Shown: positions 1 through 9,216 of the stretch, piece by piece
How positions within the stretch are numbered: position 1 is the stretch's first letter
Layout: each line of letters opens with the position of its first letter
From: Candidatus Bathyarchaeota archaeon
GTDB lineage: Archaea; Thermoproteota; Bathyarchaeia; Bathyarchaeales; Bathycorpusculaceae
DNA: 64,000 nt
NCBI GenBank assembly: GCA_025059195.1
Contig: JANXDU010000031.1
Location: 91,892-155,891, forward strand
Direction: 5' to 3'
The notes under the pieces: generated by a model
What the model was told of the DNA's origin: nothing
Database searches by the model: none
Seen by the model: only the letters and a program-made list of their open reading frames with translations
Position numbers and translations under genes: made by a program

Positions 1-90
1 TAAATATTGCGTCTTACGAATCACGATATATCCTAATTCCCAGAATACCCCTTATAAAACAATCCACCCCACTCAAGTTTTGGGAAGAAC

Positions 91-480
91 ATGAACAAGC
101 TCGAAATAATGGAAAAATTCATGTACACCTTTGTTGGAAACGGAATCCATTTGATAATAAAGGAACAGGATAACAGCTACCTTGTGCACACGATAGAAAT
201 CATGCAGAAAGTGGACGAAAGTTGTATCGTGAAAGAAATCCCTGTGGGAGAATACTTCCTCCACTTGGGCGCTGTGGACAAGCATGGTCAGGAGGCCTCT
301 ATCATCTGTAACTGGAGCCCAGAACTGTTGCAAAACCTTCTTGAAAACTCTAAGATGGCAAAGGAGGCGGGCTGCTCAAGCATCATAATGTTTAGAGAAC
401 CGTCCACCAACAACTGGATGATAGTTTTCGCTAAGCTCAATGAACCGTTCGGAAAGACGCAAACCGCTTACGTTGTCTAA
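91..480 (+). CDS. hypothetical protein (129 aa), no recognisable family
   Basis: ATG-initiated ORF with ordinary amino-acid composition. No motif I recognise. The overlapping antisense 86-aa ORF (73..333) is judged spurious. Confidence 0.4.
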   Translation: MNKLEIMEKFMYTFVGNGIHLIIKEQDNSYLVHTIEIMQKVDESCIVKEIPVGEYFLHLGAVDKHGQEASIICNWSPELLQNLLENSKMAKEAGCSSIIMFREPSTNNWMIVFAKLNEPFGKTQTAYVV

Positions 481-549
481 TCCACGTTTCCCGGTTTCTC
501 TTTTTAGGGGCGTAAAGCTTTAGTTTTTAAAGGCATGTAACAACTGTTG

Positions 550-1248
550 ATGCCTATGGTTGTTGCTGGCAAAGTTTTTAGGCTTGCAGAGTCGCTTCCT
601 CTGGATGAAATCGCCTCAAGGCTTGAGGGCTACCATGTTGAGGAGCCTTACGAAGAGGGCGACTACCGTTTTACGCTTGTAACAGAGGTTGTTGGACTTT
701 TTCCAAAACCAGACGCAAACATGTTAAGGGGTGTTTACTCCCACGACTATGTAACCCATATTTTCCATAGAGGCAAGGTTGCGCCTATACCCCGCACAGT
801 GGAAGCCCTCTTCAGTTTTTCCCATATAAAGGACGCAACTTTTCTAACAGTTGTTGAAAAGAAGCGCCTAGCCAATTTCATAGCCAACAAGCTTAGCGAA
901 ATTCTCTTCGATAGAGTCGGCGGCATAATAGAGGCCCGCATCCCGCCCGAAACCCTCCGTGAGTTCCACTTGAAAAATCCAGAGGACACAAAAATCACGT
1001 TTTTCGACAACGTTGACATCCCCAACGTGAACAAGCTTTCACTTTACGGCCCGGACTTAGTGAACACTTCGCTTTTCGAAGATTACTGCAAACACGGCGA
1101 TCTCTGGTACATCGTTGCGAGGGCCAGAGAGTACGGCTATGTGGTTGGCGTCACACGGGATGCGTCTGTAACCATTTTTAACATAACGGATAAGGAGAAA
1201 TACCTCGAATACGTTGTCAAAGAGGTTTACCCGTTAATTCTAAAGTAA
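550..1248 (+). CDS. hypothetical protein (232 aa), no recognisable family
   Basis: Long ORF. ATG at 550 lies one codon after the TTG at 547. Mixed alpha/beta-looking sequence with no signature motif. Same strand as its neighbours. Confidence 0.5.
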   Translation: MPMVVAGKVFRLAESLPLDEIASRLEGYHVEEPYEEGDYRFTLVTEVVGLFPKPDANMLRGVYSHDYVTHIFHRGKVAPIPRTVEALFSFSHIKDATFLTVVEKKRLANFIANKLSEILFDRVGGIIEARIPPETLREFHLKNPEDTKITFFDNVDIPNVNKLSLYGPDLVNTSLFEDYCKHGDLWYIVARAREYGYVVGVTRDASVTIFNITDKEKYLEYVVKEVYPLILK

Positions 1249-1342
1249 ACTAAAAGTCGACTCTGAACCTGCTCATCTTTTATTAAGAGGGCAAAGTTTA
1301 GGTGTGAGTGCGCATACTTCTAAAGCGGTTAGAGGAGTTTGA

Positions 1343-1870
1343 ATGTCTGAGAGAGAAACTATAGAAAAAGTTAAGGATAGGCAAGGGCTTCTCGCGAAGA
1401 TTCAAAACATTTTTGGTCTGGGTTATGCCACGAGGGAGGATTTGCGGGAAATTGACAAGAAGCTCCGCGACCTTTACTATGCGGATTTCAAAAGTTTACG
1501 CCACAAGTGGGAGGAGATCTACCTCGCGGCTTTAAATGCTGGAAAAGCCACCGACGACTTCAAGAAGGTCATCCAAATCATCGACCGTGTAGGCGAGAAG
1601 GTTCACCGCGCTGATTATGGTTATGCTGGTTTAATGGACCGTAAGGGAAGCATCCGCGAAACGGAACTAGCCCGAGTCCTAAACTACGATAAGGCTTTAA
1701 GCGACGAAATTCAAACCATTGTTAAGGCTGTGAACGAATTCTACCATGAGACTCAGAATGGTAATTGGGCAGACGCTGCGACCAAAGCGCGGAACATTAA
1801 ATCCTTAATACTTGGTTTTGAGTCTAAATGGGATGAGCGTGAAAAACACTTTAGACCCTTGGGGGTTTAA
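1343..1870 (+). CDS. hypothetical helical protein (175 aa), coupled to the downstream SPFH gene
   Basis: GGAG-like motif (agaggag) a few nt upstream of the ATG. Charged, helix-prone sequence. The stop is only 5 nt before the next start at 1876. Confidence 0.6.
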   Translation: MSERETIEKVKDRQGLLAKIQNIFGLGYATREDLREIDKKLRDLYYADFKSLRHKWEEIYLAALNAGKATDDFKKVIQIIDRVGEKVHRADYGYAGLMDRKGSIRETELARVLNYDKALSDEIQTIVKAVNEFYHETQNGNWADAATKARNIKSLILGFESKWDEREKHFRPLGV

Positions 1871-1875
1871 GTTAA

Positions 1876-2952
1876 ATGCCCATAATTGAGAGAGTAGCAT
1901 GGGATAATGCTCGACCAGAGGACATTGCCTATCGTTTCCCTAAACTTACGCTTAAGTACGGAAGCCAAGTAATCGTTATGGAGAACCAGTGGGCGGTTTT
2001 CTTCAGAGACGGAAAAGCCTACGACGTTTTAGGTCCTGGAAGACACACCATAACCAGCAATAATATCCCACTTTTGACGGGCGCCTTGAAGGTTTTGGGG
2101 ATTATAGGCGACATCTTTGACTGCGAAGTGGTTTTTGTAAGCAACAGCCAGTTCCGCGCAAACTTCGGCGGAAAAGCCTATTCAGCGCCAAGCGGCGACA
2201 TAAAGTATCAGGCGGAAATAGGTTTTTATGGTTACTTGCTTTACAAGGTTGAAGACCCTAAGCTTTTCGTTGTTGAGTTTTTCGGCAACCGGGGTGCAAG
2301 CACTTCCCGGGACGTGGAAAACTACATTAGAGGCTTCATTAACGAGCGCATAATAAGCGAGTTTGGACGCCATGACATATTCGAAGTTGTGAAAAACGCG
2401 GACGCCACCACGGATAAAGTTTCACTAAAAATCAGCGACGAAGCCGCTAGAGTCGGCTTAAAAGTGATTGACTGTGTTTTCGAAGGCATAAACATTCCAG
2501 AAGAGGCTAGACGCTTCGCTTCTGGATTGGGCGCCCAAGCTATGATGATGCAATACATGAAAGAAACTGCAGGCGAACTGAAGGGAGGCGAAGGCGGAGG
2601 CGCAGCAGCCGCTGGCTTAGGCGCAGGCGTAGGCTTAACGATGCCCTTCCTTATGGCGCAGCAGATGCAGCAAGCCCAAGCCGCTCAAGCTCAGCAGCTT
2701 GTCATCTGCCCGAACTGTGGAGCAAAAAACCCGGTTGGAATGAAGTTCTGTGGGCAGTGCGGTTCAAGCCTATCCCCGCCAGCAAAAGTTAAGTGTCCAA
2801 ATTGCGGCGCTGAAAACCCTGCCGGAATGAAGTTTTGCGGTCAATGTGGTTCACCCCTGACCCAAACCTCAGAAATCACGTGTCCTAACTGCGGCACAAA
2901 GAACCCGCCGGGAATGAAGTTCTGCGGAAACTGTGGAACAAAACTAGGCTAA
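1876..2952 (+). CDS. SPFH/band-7-like protein of the COG4260 (B. subtilis YdjI-like) type with a C-terminal triple zinc ribbon
   Basis: The N-terminal ~230 aa fit the COG4260 pattern (AYRFPK..YGSQVIVMENQWAVFFRDGKAYDVLGPGRHTITSNNIPLL.., EVVFVSNSQFRANFGG). A Gly/Ala/Gln-rich linker follows. The tail carries three copies of CPNCG(A/T)(K/E)NP.GMKFCG.CG. Confidence 0.8.
   Translation: MPIIERVAWDNARPEDIAYRFPKLTLKYGSQVIVMENQWAVFFRDGKAYDVLGPGRHTITSNNIPLLTGALKVLGIIGDIFDCEVVFVSNSQFRANFGGKAYSAPSGDIKYQAEIGFYGYLLYKVEDPKLFVVEFFGNRGASTSRDVENYIRGFINERIISEFGRHDIFEVVKNADATTDKVSLKISDEAARVGLKVIDCVFEGINIPEEARRFASGLGAQAMMMQYMKETAGELKGGEGGGAAAAGLGAGVGLTMPFLMAQQMQQAQAAQAQQLVICPNCGAKNPVGMKFCGQCGSSLSPPAKVKCPNCGAENPAGMKFCGQCGSPLTQTSEITCPNCGTKNPPGMKFCGNCGTKLG
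2707..2940 (+). repeat. three tandem zinc-ribbon coding units (about 84-87 nt period) inside the SPFH gene
   Basis: The units start at 2707, 2794 and 2881. Peptides are near identical, but many synonymous differences separate the units at the DNA level. Confidence 0.85.
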
Positions 2953-3272
2953 AACGCTGTCTTTCCCCTTTTCTTCTTTAACGTTTCCCCCGTTAGTGGA
3001 GATCCGCATTTCCAACAAAACTTCGTACCTAAGGGCATAGCAAAACCACATTTCGAACAACTTACAGGGGATTGTGGATACAGAGCTTCACCGCAGTGCC
3101 AGCAAAACTTGTTTTCAATACTGTTCTTGCCGCCACATTTTAGGCAGACAACCACTTGTCTTTCTGGTTTTTCCGGCGGTCTAAAAAATTGAAACAAACA
3201 CTGCGCCATAGTCATGCCTAAGGCAAAGCCTAAACCAGCCGAGAAAGCTTCACCAACAACAGCCCTAGTCAA
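2949..3272 (-). CDS. small membrane-anchored double zinc-ribbon protein (107 aa)
   Basis: TTG start. Hydrophobic N-terminal helix (AVVGEAFSAGLGFALGMTMAQCLF). Two ribbons follow: CLKCGGKNSIENKFCWHCG and CSKCGFAMPLGTKFCWKCG. The 3' end overlaps the convergent SPFH gene by 4 nt. Confidence 0.6.
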   Translation of the reverse strand: MTRAVVGEAFSAGLGFALGMTMAQCLFQFFRPPEKPERQVVVCLKCGGKNSIENKFCWHCGEALYPQSPVSCSKCGFAMPLGTKFCWKCGSPLTGETLKKKRGKTAF

Positions 3273-3336
3273 AGTGTTTTCACTGTGAGAATTTACATTG
3301 TTGTTTCTCTTAAGTTTTTATCTGTGGTTTAACAGA

Positions 3337-3594
3337 ATGAGGGTAGGGAAAGTTTTGGAAGCCTACGTTCTGATTAATGCTGAGCCGGGCATGATTTGGG
3401 ACGTAGCTGAGGCAGCTTTGAAGATTGAGGGTGTCAAGATGGCGCATGTGGTTACTGGACAGTTTGACGTTGTTGTTTATGTGGAATTCGCCAAGGTTGA
3501 GGAGCTTGGAAGGATAATCGAGAAAATCCAGCAGGTTAAAGGCGTGCGCAGAACCCAAACTTTGATTGCTGTTCCGCCGCCAATAAGGAAATAG
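3337..3594 (+). CDS. stand-alone Lrp/AsnC ligand-binding (RAM) domain protein (85 aa)
   Basis: Matches the small archaeal RAM-domain pattern (AYVLINAEPG...V...L..I.GVK.AHVVTGQFDVVVYVEF..VEELG.II.KIQ.V.GVRRTQTLIAV). ATG at 3337 is preferred over the hydrophobic upstream extension from 3298. Confidence 0.75.
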   Translation: MRVGKVLEAYVLINAEPGMIWDVAEAALKIEGVKMAHVVTGQFDVVVYVEFAKVEELGRIIEKIQQVKGVRRTQTLIAVPPPIRK

Positions 3595-3602
3595 CCTTTA
3601 TT

Positions 3603-4211
3603 TCAGATGAATCCAATCCATCCGCCGAGGGCTTCGCCGAAATACGCGAGAAGCGTGAAAACTGCAAGTCTAGGTGCAAAACTTAAAACCAAAAACGTTT
3701 GGATGCGCGTTTTCAAAAGCCCGCACACCAGCGCGAGAAACTCCACTGGCAGCACCGGAATAATTCCAAACATGACGTAGAGGGGCCAACCCCACCGGTT
3801 CCAGAGAGCGGTTACCGCTTCAAGCTCCCCAGTTTTCATTTTCCTTTCAAGGAAAGGTCTCCCAAGGTGGCAAGCCAGAAAATAGTTTATGGTCATGCCA
3901 ATTGTAAACCCGACGGTGGCGGTCAACGCTAGCAAAACCGGATTGAGCCCAAAAGAGGCGGCGGCCACCACAAGGGCTGGGCTCCCAAGGGGCACTACTG
4001 TTCCAGCCAAAACTGTTGCGAGAAATATTCCAGCGAGACCATATTCCCTAACAAAGCCTTTGACATCCAAAAACAGCTGCGTTTTACTAACTTCAAAAAA
4101 TTTGAAAACAAAAATTAAAAACAAACCAATGACGATAAACACGAACCCAATGATTAGGGACGACTTAACCCAAGAAATTTTAAGCACGCTTAATTTTTGA
4201 TTGCTGTTCAA
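3603..4211 (-). CDS. DedA/VTT (SNARE-associated, YqaA-like) family membrane protein
   Basis: Multi-TM protein with the DedA-like core (GLAGIFLATVLAGTVVPLGSPALVVAAASFGLNP...INYFLACHLGRPFLE). The TTG start overlaps the stop of the upstream adenosyltransferase gene by 4 nt. Confidence 0.7.
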   Translation of the reverse strand: MNSNQKLSVLKISWVKSSLIIGFVFIVIGLFLIFVFKFFEVSKTQLFLDVKGFVREYGLAGIFLATVLAGTVVPLGSPALVVAAASFGLNPVLLALTATVGFTIGMTINYFLACHLGRPFLERKMKTGELEAVTALWNRWGWPLYVMFGIIPVLPVEFLALVCGLLKTRIQTFLVLSFAPRLAVFTLLAYFGEALGGWIGFI

Positions 4212-4738
4212 TAGTCAATCCCCTCCCTAGCTGGAAATCCTTTTCTATACGGGTGTTTAATTTCTCGCATTTCAGTGACTAAGTCGGCTGCCTCTATTAT
4301 CTCGTTCGGCGCATAACGGCCTGTCAAAACGAGCTCCACGTGTTCCGGCTTGTTTTTTATGAGTTCTAGAACTTTTTCTAGGCTTATGAGTTTAAGGCTT
4401 AAAGCCACGTTAATCTCATCTAATATAACCATGTCGTATTTGCCGCTTTCTACAACCTTTTTGGCTAGGTTGAAGGCTTCCTCGGCAAGGGCCACGTCCA
4501 CTTCATCGGGCGGCTTATGGGTTACAAACTGGCCTCTTCCGAAGGCTTTTAATGTGATATTTGGAAGTTTTTCTACGACATATAGTTCGCCGTAGTCGAA
4601 GCCGCCCTTGATAAATTGGACTATGTAAACTTTTAGGCCTCTTCCTATGGCTCTTAATGCAAGCCCAAAGGCGGCTGAGGTTTTGCCTTTTCCGTCTCCC
4701 GTGTAAACCTGCACGAAACCCTTTTCAAGTTTGGGCAT
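4208..4738 (-). CDS. cobO: cob(I)alamin/cob(I)yrinic acid a,c-diamide adenosyltransferase, CobA/CobO/BtuR type
   Basis: Signature N-terminus VQVYTGDGKGKTSAAFGLALRAIGRGLKVYIVQFIKG plus DEINVAL. Sits in the operon with MeaB and the mutase. Confidence 0.85.
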   Translation of the reverse strand: MPKLEKGFVQVYTGDGKGKTSAAFGLALRAIGRGLKVYIVQFIKGGFDYGELYVVEKLPNITLKAFGRGQFVTHKPPDEVDVALAEEAFNLAKKVVESGKYDMVILDEINVALSLKLISLEKVLELIKNKPEHVELVLTGRYAPNEIIEAADLVTEMREIKHPYRKGFPAREGIDY

Positions 4739-4744
4739 CCGCCG

Positions 4745-5695
4745 TCACTCCAGCTGCTCTTGATTTAAGAGTTTTTCCGCCGCTGTAGCGGGGTCTATCT
4801 CTCTATTAACGATTTGTTGAAGAATCTTCTCGAACAGTTTTTCTCTTTTAAGCTTCTCTATTATCGAGCTTGTCACTTTATCCCTTATTGCCTCTATCAG
4901 TTCGGCTTGGGCTTTCTCCCAACTTCTTTCATGCCCTAACTCTTTTTGGAGAAACTGTCTATGCTCCTCTATTTTGTCTAAAAGTTGCTGAACGCCTTCG
5001 CCTGTGATGGCGATGGTCTTAACTATGGGCGGATTCCAAACTTTTTTTCGGTCGTCTAACTGTAGCATTGCCTGAATATCCATAACGGTTTTGTCTGCGT
5101 TTTCTCTGTCCGCCTTGTTTACGACGAATATGTCGGCGATCTCCATTAAGCCGGCTTTAATGGCTTGGATTTCGTCGCCGAGGCCGGGGGCGTGTATGAC
5201 GACTATTGTTTGGGCAACCTTGATTATCTCCACTTCCGATTGTCCAGCGCCAACGGTTTCCACTATTATCACGTCTTTTCCAGCAGCGTCCAAAATCTTA
5301 ACAGCGTCCTTTGTGGCTTTGGCTATACCTCCGGGATTGTTGCGGGTTGCCATGCTCCGTATGAAAACGCCTTCGTCTATGCTTAAATCTTGCATTCGGA
5401 TTCTATCGCCTAAAAACGCTCCACCACTGAAGGGGCTTGTGGGGTCCACGGCTATAACGCCGACAGTTTTGTCCCTCCGCCTGTACTCGCGAACCATCTT
5501 CTCAATAAGGGTGCTTTTTCCAGCCCCACCCGGCCCCGTTAAGCCTATCACGTGAGCTTTTCCAGTATAGGAATAGATTAAGGCGATAAGCTTCTGCGCT
5601 TCTTGAGGGCTGTTTTCCACTATGGTTATGGCTCTGGCTATGCTTCTCTTGTCCCCCGCAAGCACGCCTCTCGCTATTTCTTCAACTTTCGACAA
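4745..5695 (-). CDS. meaB: methylmalonyl-CoA mutase-associated G-protein chaperone MeaB/ArgK
   Basis: P-loop GLTGPGGAGKSTL, switch motifs (IIVETVGAGQSE) and the NKAD guanine-specificity motif. TTG start. Confidence 0.9.
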   Translation of the reverse strand: MSKVEEIARGVLAGDKRSIARAITIVENSPQEAQKLIALIYSYTGKAHVIGLTGPGGAGKSTLIEKMVREYRRRDKTVGVIAVDPTSPFSGGAFLGDRIRMQDLSIDEGVFIRSMATRNNPGGIAKATKDAVKILDAAGKDVIIVETVGAGQSEVEIIKVAQTIVVIHAPGLGDEIQAIKAGLMEIADIFVVNKADRENADKTVMDIQAMLQLDDRKKVWNPPIVKTIAITGEGVQQLLDKIEEHRQFLQKELGHERSWEKAQAELIEAIRDKVTSSIIEKLKREKLFEKILQQIVNREIDPATAAEKLLNQEQLE

Positions 5696-5716
5696 GACAT
5701 CTACTCTTCTTTAGTG

Positions 5717-6133
5717 TTATCTTTTAGGAGCATTTTTCAACACATATTTTATGATCTTCTCTGTGGGGGTTCCGGGCCCGAAAACCTCTTTTATTCCAAT
5801 CTTCTTCAACTCTGAGACGTCTTCTTCTGGGATTATGCCTCCCGCGAACACCAGCACGTCCGTTAAGCCCTTCTCTTTGAGCAGTTCCATTATTCTTGGG
5901 AAAAGCGTCATGTGGGCGCCTGACAGAATGCTTAACCCTATCACGTCCACGTCTTCTTGTAATGCTGCTTCCACAATTTGTTCGGGAGTCTGCCTCAACC
6001 CTGTGTAGATTACCTCCATTCCAGCGTCGCGTAGAGCTCTTGCCACAACCTTCGCGCCCCTGTCGTGGCTGTCCAATCCCGGCTTGGCTATTAGGACTCT
6101 GATTTTTCTTCCGCTTTTACTTTCGTTTTGCAT
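5717..6133 (-). CDS. methylmalonyl-CoA mutase small subunit (B12-binding domain)
   Basis: The DxHxxG cobalamin-binding motif is present ([18 protein letters not shown]), followed by GLS..SG. Confidence 0.9.
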   Translation of the reverse strand: MQNESKSGRKIRVLIAKPGLDSHDRGAKVVARALRDAGMEVIYTGLRQTPEQIVEAALQEDVDVIGLSILSGAHMTLFPRIMELLKEKGLTDVLVFAGGIIPEEDVSELKKIGIKEVFGPGTPTEKIIKYVLKNAPKR

Positions 6134-6163
6134 GGTTTAGCCTCCACATTCCCTATCAAGATT

Positions 6164-7846
6164 TTAGATTATTATTAGCTCTTTGTATTCTCCGTAAACT
6201 TTTCGAAGCACATCCATTATTTCGCCCAATGTGGCGTAGGCTTTAACCGCCTCAATTATAGTGGGCATGAGATTTTCACCTTTTTCTGCAGTGTAATGAA
6301 GCTTTTCAAGCGCTTCTTTGACCTTTCTGTTGTCCCGTTCCCTTCGCAGTTTCTGGAGCCGTTCAACCTGTTTTTTCTCGACGCTCGGGTTAACCCTTAA
6401 CAGTTTTATTGGAATTTCTTCGCCTTCTATGATGTATTCGTTTACGCCGACAATTATGCGCTTTTTCTCCTCTATTTCCCGCTGGTATCGGTAGGCGCTA
6501 TCAGCTATCTCCCTTTGGAAAAAGCCTTTTTCTATGGCGGGAATTACGCCGCCCATGTCGTCAATCTTTTGTATGTATTCCATGGCTTTCTCTTCCATCT
6601 CGTTCGTCAAGGCCTCCACGTAATAAGAGCCGGCCAACGGGTCAACGGTGTTTGCCACGCCGCTCTCGTAGGCGATTATCTGCTGGGTTCTAAGCGCCAC
6701 TCGCACAGACTCCTCTGTGGGCAAGCATAAAGCCTCGTCAAAAGAGTTTGTGTGAAGCGACTGGGTTCCGCCCAGCACAGCGGCCAAAGCTTGAATCGTT
6801 GTGCGGACAATGTTGTTCAGGGGTTGCTGCGCTGTTAAGGTGCAGCCCGAAGTTTGCACGTGCATGCGCATCCACATGGAACGCGGATTTTTAGCGTGGA
6901 AACGTTCCTTCATTATTTTAGCCCATAAGCGTCTAGCGGCCCTAAACTTGGCTATTTCCTCGAAAAAGTCGTTGTGAGAAGCGAAGAAAAACGACAAACG
7001 ATGTGCAAAATCGTCCACCTTTAAGCCTCGTTTAAGGGTTTCCTCAACGTAGGCTATTCCATCATAAAGCGTGAAAGCCAACTCTTGAACGGCTGTGGCG
7101 CCTGCCTCGCGGATGTGATAACCGCTTATACTAATAGGGTTCCACTTAGGCAAATGTCTAGCACAATACTCTATGATGTCCACGGAAAGCTTCAAGGAAG
7201 GCTTCGGCGGAAAAATGCAAAGCTTCTGGGCGAAAAACTCCTTCAAATTATCATTTTGAGTTGTGCCTCCAAGCTTTTCCCTAGAGACGCCTTGCTTGTC
7301 GCCTACAGCAACATACATAGCCAACAAAACGGAAGCTGGGCCATTAATAGTCATAGATGTAGTAACCCTGTCTAAGGGTATGCCGTCAAAGAGGATTTCC
7401 ATGTCCCGCAATGAGGATACAGCTACCCCGCAGACACCCACCTCGCCCCGCGCCATGGGGTGGTCGGAATCATAACCCATAATTGTTGGGTAGTCGAAAG
7501 CCGTGCTCAGCCCGGTTTCACCCTCGCTCAGCAAGTATTTGAACCGCTTATTAGTGTCTTCCGCAGTGCCGTATCCAGCGAACATCCGCATCGTCCACAA
7601 TCGTCCACGGTACATGGTTGCATGCAAACCCCGCGTGAACGGATACTCGCCTGGAAACCCCAAATCCCGCATGTAATCCAAATCTTTGATGTCTTCAGGC
7701 GTGTACAAGCCCTTAACCGTTATGCCTGAATGGTTTTTGAACTCTTTTTGACGTTCGGGGCACTGTTTAATCCAGTTTGGCAGCGTGGATTTTTCCCAGC
7801 GTTCTCTTTCTTTTGTTATTTCTTCAATTTTCCGATGGTCGAACAT
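6164..7846 (-). CDS. methylmalonyl-CoA mutase large (catalytic, substrate-binding) subunit
   Basis: 560 aa with typical MCM N-terminal barrel motifs ([38 protein letters not shown]). Confidence 0.92.
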   Translation of the reverse strand: MFDHRKIEEITKERERWEKSTLPNWIKQCPERQKEFKNHSGITVKGLYTPEDIKDLDYMRDLGFPGEYPFTRGLHATMYRGRLWTMRMFAGYGTAEDTNKRFKYLLSEGETGLSTAFDYPTIMGYDSDHPMARGEVGVCGVAVSSLRDMEILFDGIPLDRVTTSMTINGPASVLLAMYVAVGDKQGVSREKLGGTTQNDNLKEFFAQKLCIFPPKPSLKLSVDIIEYCARHLPKWNPISISGYHIREAGATAVQELAFTLYDGIAYVEETLKRGLKVDDFAHRLSFFFASHNDFFEEIAKFRAARRLWAKIMKERFHAKNPRSMWMRMHVQTSGCTLTAQQPLNNIVRTTIQALAAVLGGTQSLHTNSFDEALCLPTEESVRVALRTQQIIAYESGVANTVDPLAGSYYVEALTNEMEEKAMEYIQKIDDMGGVIPAIEKGFFQREIADSAYRYQREIEEKKRIIVGVNEYIIEGEEIPIKLLRVNPSVEKKQVERLQKLRRERDNRKVKEALEKLHYTAEKGENLMPTIIEAVKAYATLGEIMDVLRKVYGEYKELIII

Positions 7847-7953
7847 AAGGCGTTAACCCCGTATTAACTGGTTTTGACTAAAACTATCAGTGTTAAGCCT
7901 AAAAAGTTATTTCCTAAACAACCATGAAACATTCATCAGGAAGGTGCCTCTGA

Positions 7954-9132
7954 ATGGCTTCAAAAGGTTTCGGCTTTTCCACAAAAGCCGTGCGGGGTGG
8001 AGAGAAACCCGACAGTGCAGGCGCGGTTTCCACACCAATTTACGAAACTTCCGTTTTCGCCTTTACAAACACGAAAAGGCTGGTTGAGGTTATAAGCGAA
8101 AAGGCGGAAGGCTACCTTTACACAAGATTTGACAACCCCACCGTTAGGGCTGTAGAGCGGAAAATGGCTGTTTTAGAAGACGCTGAAGACGCGGCAGCCT
8201 TTTCCTCTGGTATGGCAGCCATAACAACCACAGTCTTAACGTTGGTTTCAAAAGGCGACCACATAGTAGCCTCCATGGATCTTTACGGTGGAACCTTAAC
8301 CTTTTTCCAAGAGGTTCTCCCAAGGTTCAGCGTTGAGGTAAGCCTTGTAGACGCTTCAAACCTAAGTGAAGTGGAAAACGCCATACAAGAGAACACACGG
8401 ATTGTCTATGTGGAGACTCCAACAAATCCGACGTTGAAAATAGTTGATTTACACGGATTAGCCGTCACAGCCAAAAAGAGGGGAGTAACCACCGTGGTTG
8501 ACAGCACGTTGGCTTCGCCCTATAATTTGCAGCCTTTAAAGTTCGGCGTAAACGTGGTTGTTCACAGCGCCACCAAATACTTGGGCGGACACAACGACGT
8601 AACCGCGGGAATAGTATGCGGCTCCAAAGAGTTCATCCAAAAACTAAAAAGAATGAGGAAAATATTGGGCGGAACCCTCGACCCAGTGGCGGCTTGGCTT
8701 TTGCTGCGGGGCTTAAAAACCTTAGCCTTGAGGATGGAAAAGCACAATCAAAACGGCATGCAAGTTGCCAAGTTCTTAGCGAGACATCCAAAAGTTGCCA
8801 GAGTTTATTATCCGGGTCTACCAAGCCATCCTCAGCACGCTTTAGCCAAAAAACAAATGCGCGGCTACGGCGGAGTCGTAAGCTTCGAAATAAAGGGAGA
8901 CTTTGAAAAAACAGTGCAGTTCGTGGAAAACCTTAAGCTTTGTTTCTTGGCGGCCAGCCTTGGTGGAACAGAAACGTTGGCCACACAGCCAGCCACGTCA
9001 TCCCACTACTTTATAGCCCCAGAACAACGCCAGAAACTTGGCATAACTGACCAGCTTGTACGTTTAGCTCTCGGAATAGAGGACGCAGAAGACATAATTG
9101 CCGACCTAAAACAAGCCCTAAACAAAATCTAG
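7954..9132 (+). CDS. PLP-dependent Cys/Met-metabolism enzyme (cystathionine gamma-synthase / gamma- or beta-lyase / methionine gamma-lyase family)
   Basis: N-terminus STKAVRGGE...STPIYETSVF and the PLP-lysine motif HSATKYLGGHNDV. Subfamily cannot be resolved by eye. Confidence 0.85.
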   Translation: MASKGFGFSTKAVRGGEKPDSAGAVSTPIYETSVFAFTNTKRLVEVISEKAEGYLYTRFDNPTVRAVERKMAVLEDAEDAAAFSSGMAAITTTVLTLVSKGDHIVASMDLYGGTLTFFQEVLPRFSVEVSLVDASNLSEVENAIQENTRIVYVETPTNPTLKIVDLHGLAVTAKKRGVTTVVDSTLASPYNLQPLKFGVNVVVHSATKYLGGHNDVTAGIVCGSKEFIQKLKRMRKILGGTLDPVAAWLLLRGLKTLALRMEKHNQNGMQVAKFLARHPKVARVYYPGLPSHPQHALAKKQMRGYGGVVSFEIKGDFEKTVQFVENLKLCFLAASLGGTETLATQPATSSHYFIAPEQRQKLGITDQLVRLALGIEDAEDIIADLKQALNKI

Positions 9133-9141
9133 AGGGGCTAT

Positions 9142-9171
9142 CAATCTTGCAGTTCGCCGACGGCAAAATTG
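9142..9171. terminator. imperfect hairpin followed by T-runs between convergent genes
   Basis: Arms CAATCTTGC / GCAAAATTG (8 of 9 pairing) with a 12-nt loop, followed by gttttaaaaggctgtttt. Function not demonstrated. Confidence 0.2.
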
Positions 9172-9216
9172 ATGTTTTAAAAGGCTGTTTTGGGAAAAAT
9201 GGGGATTGAAAAGAGA

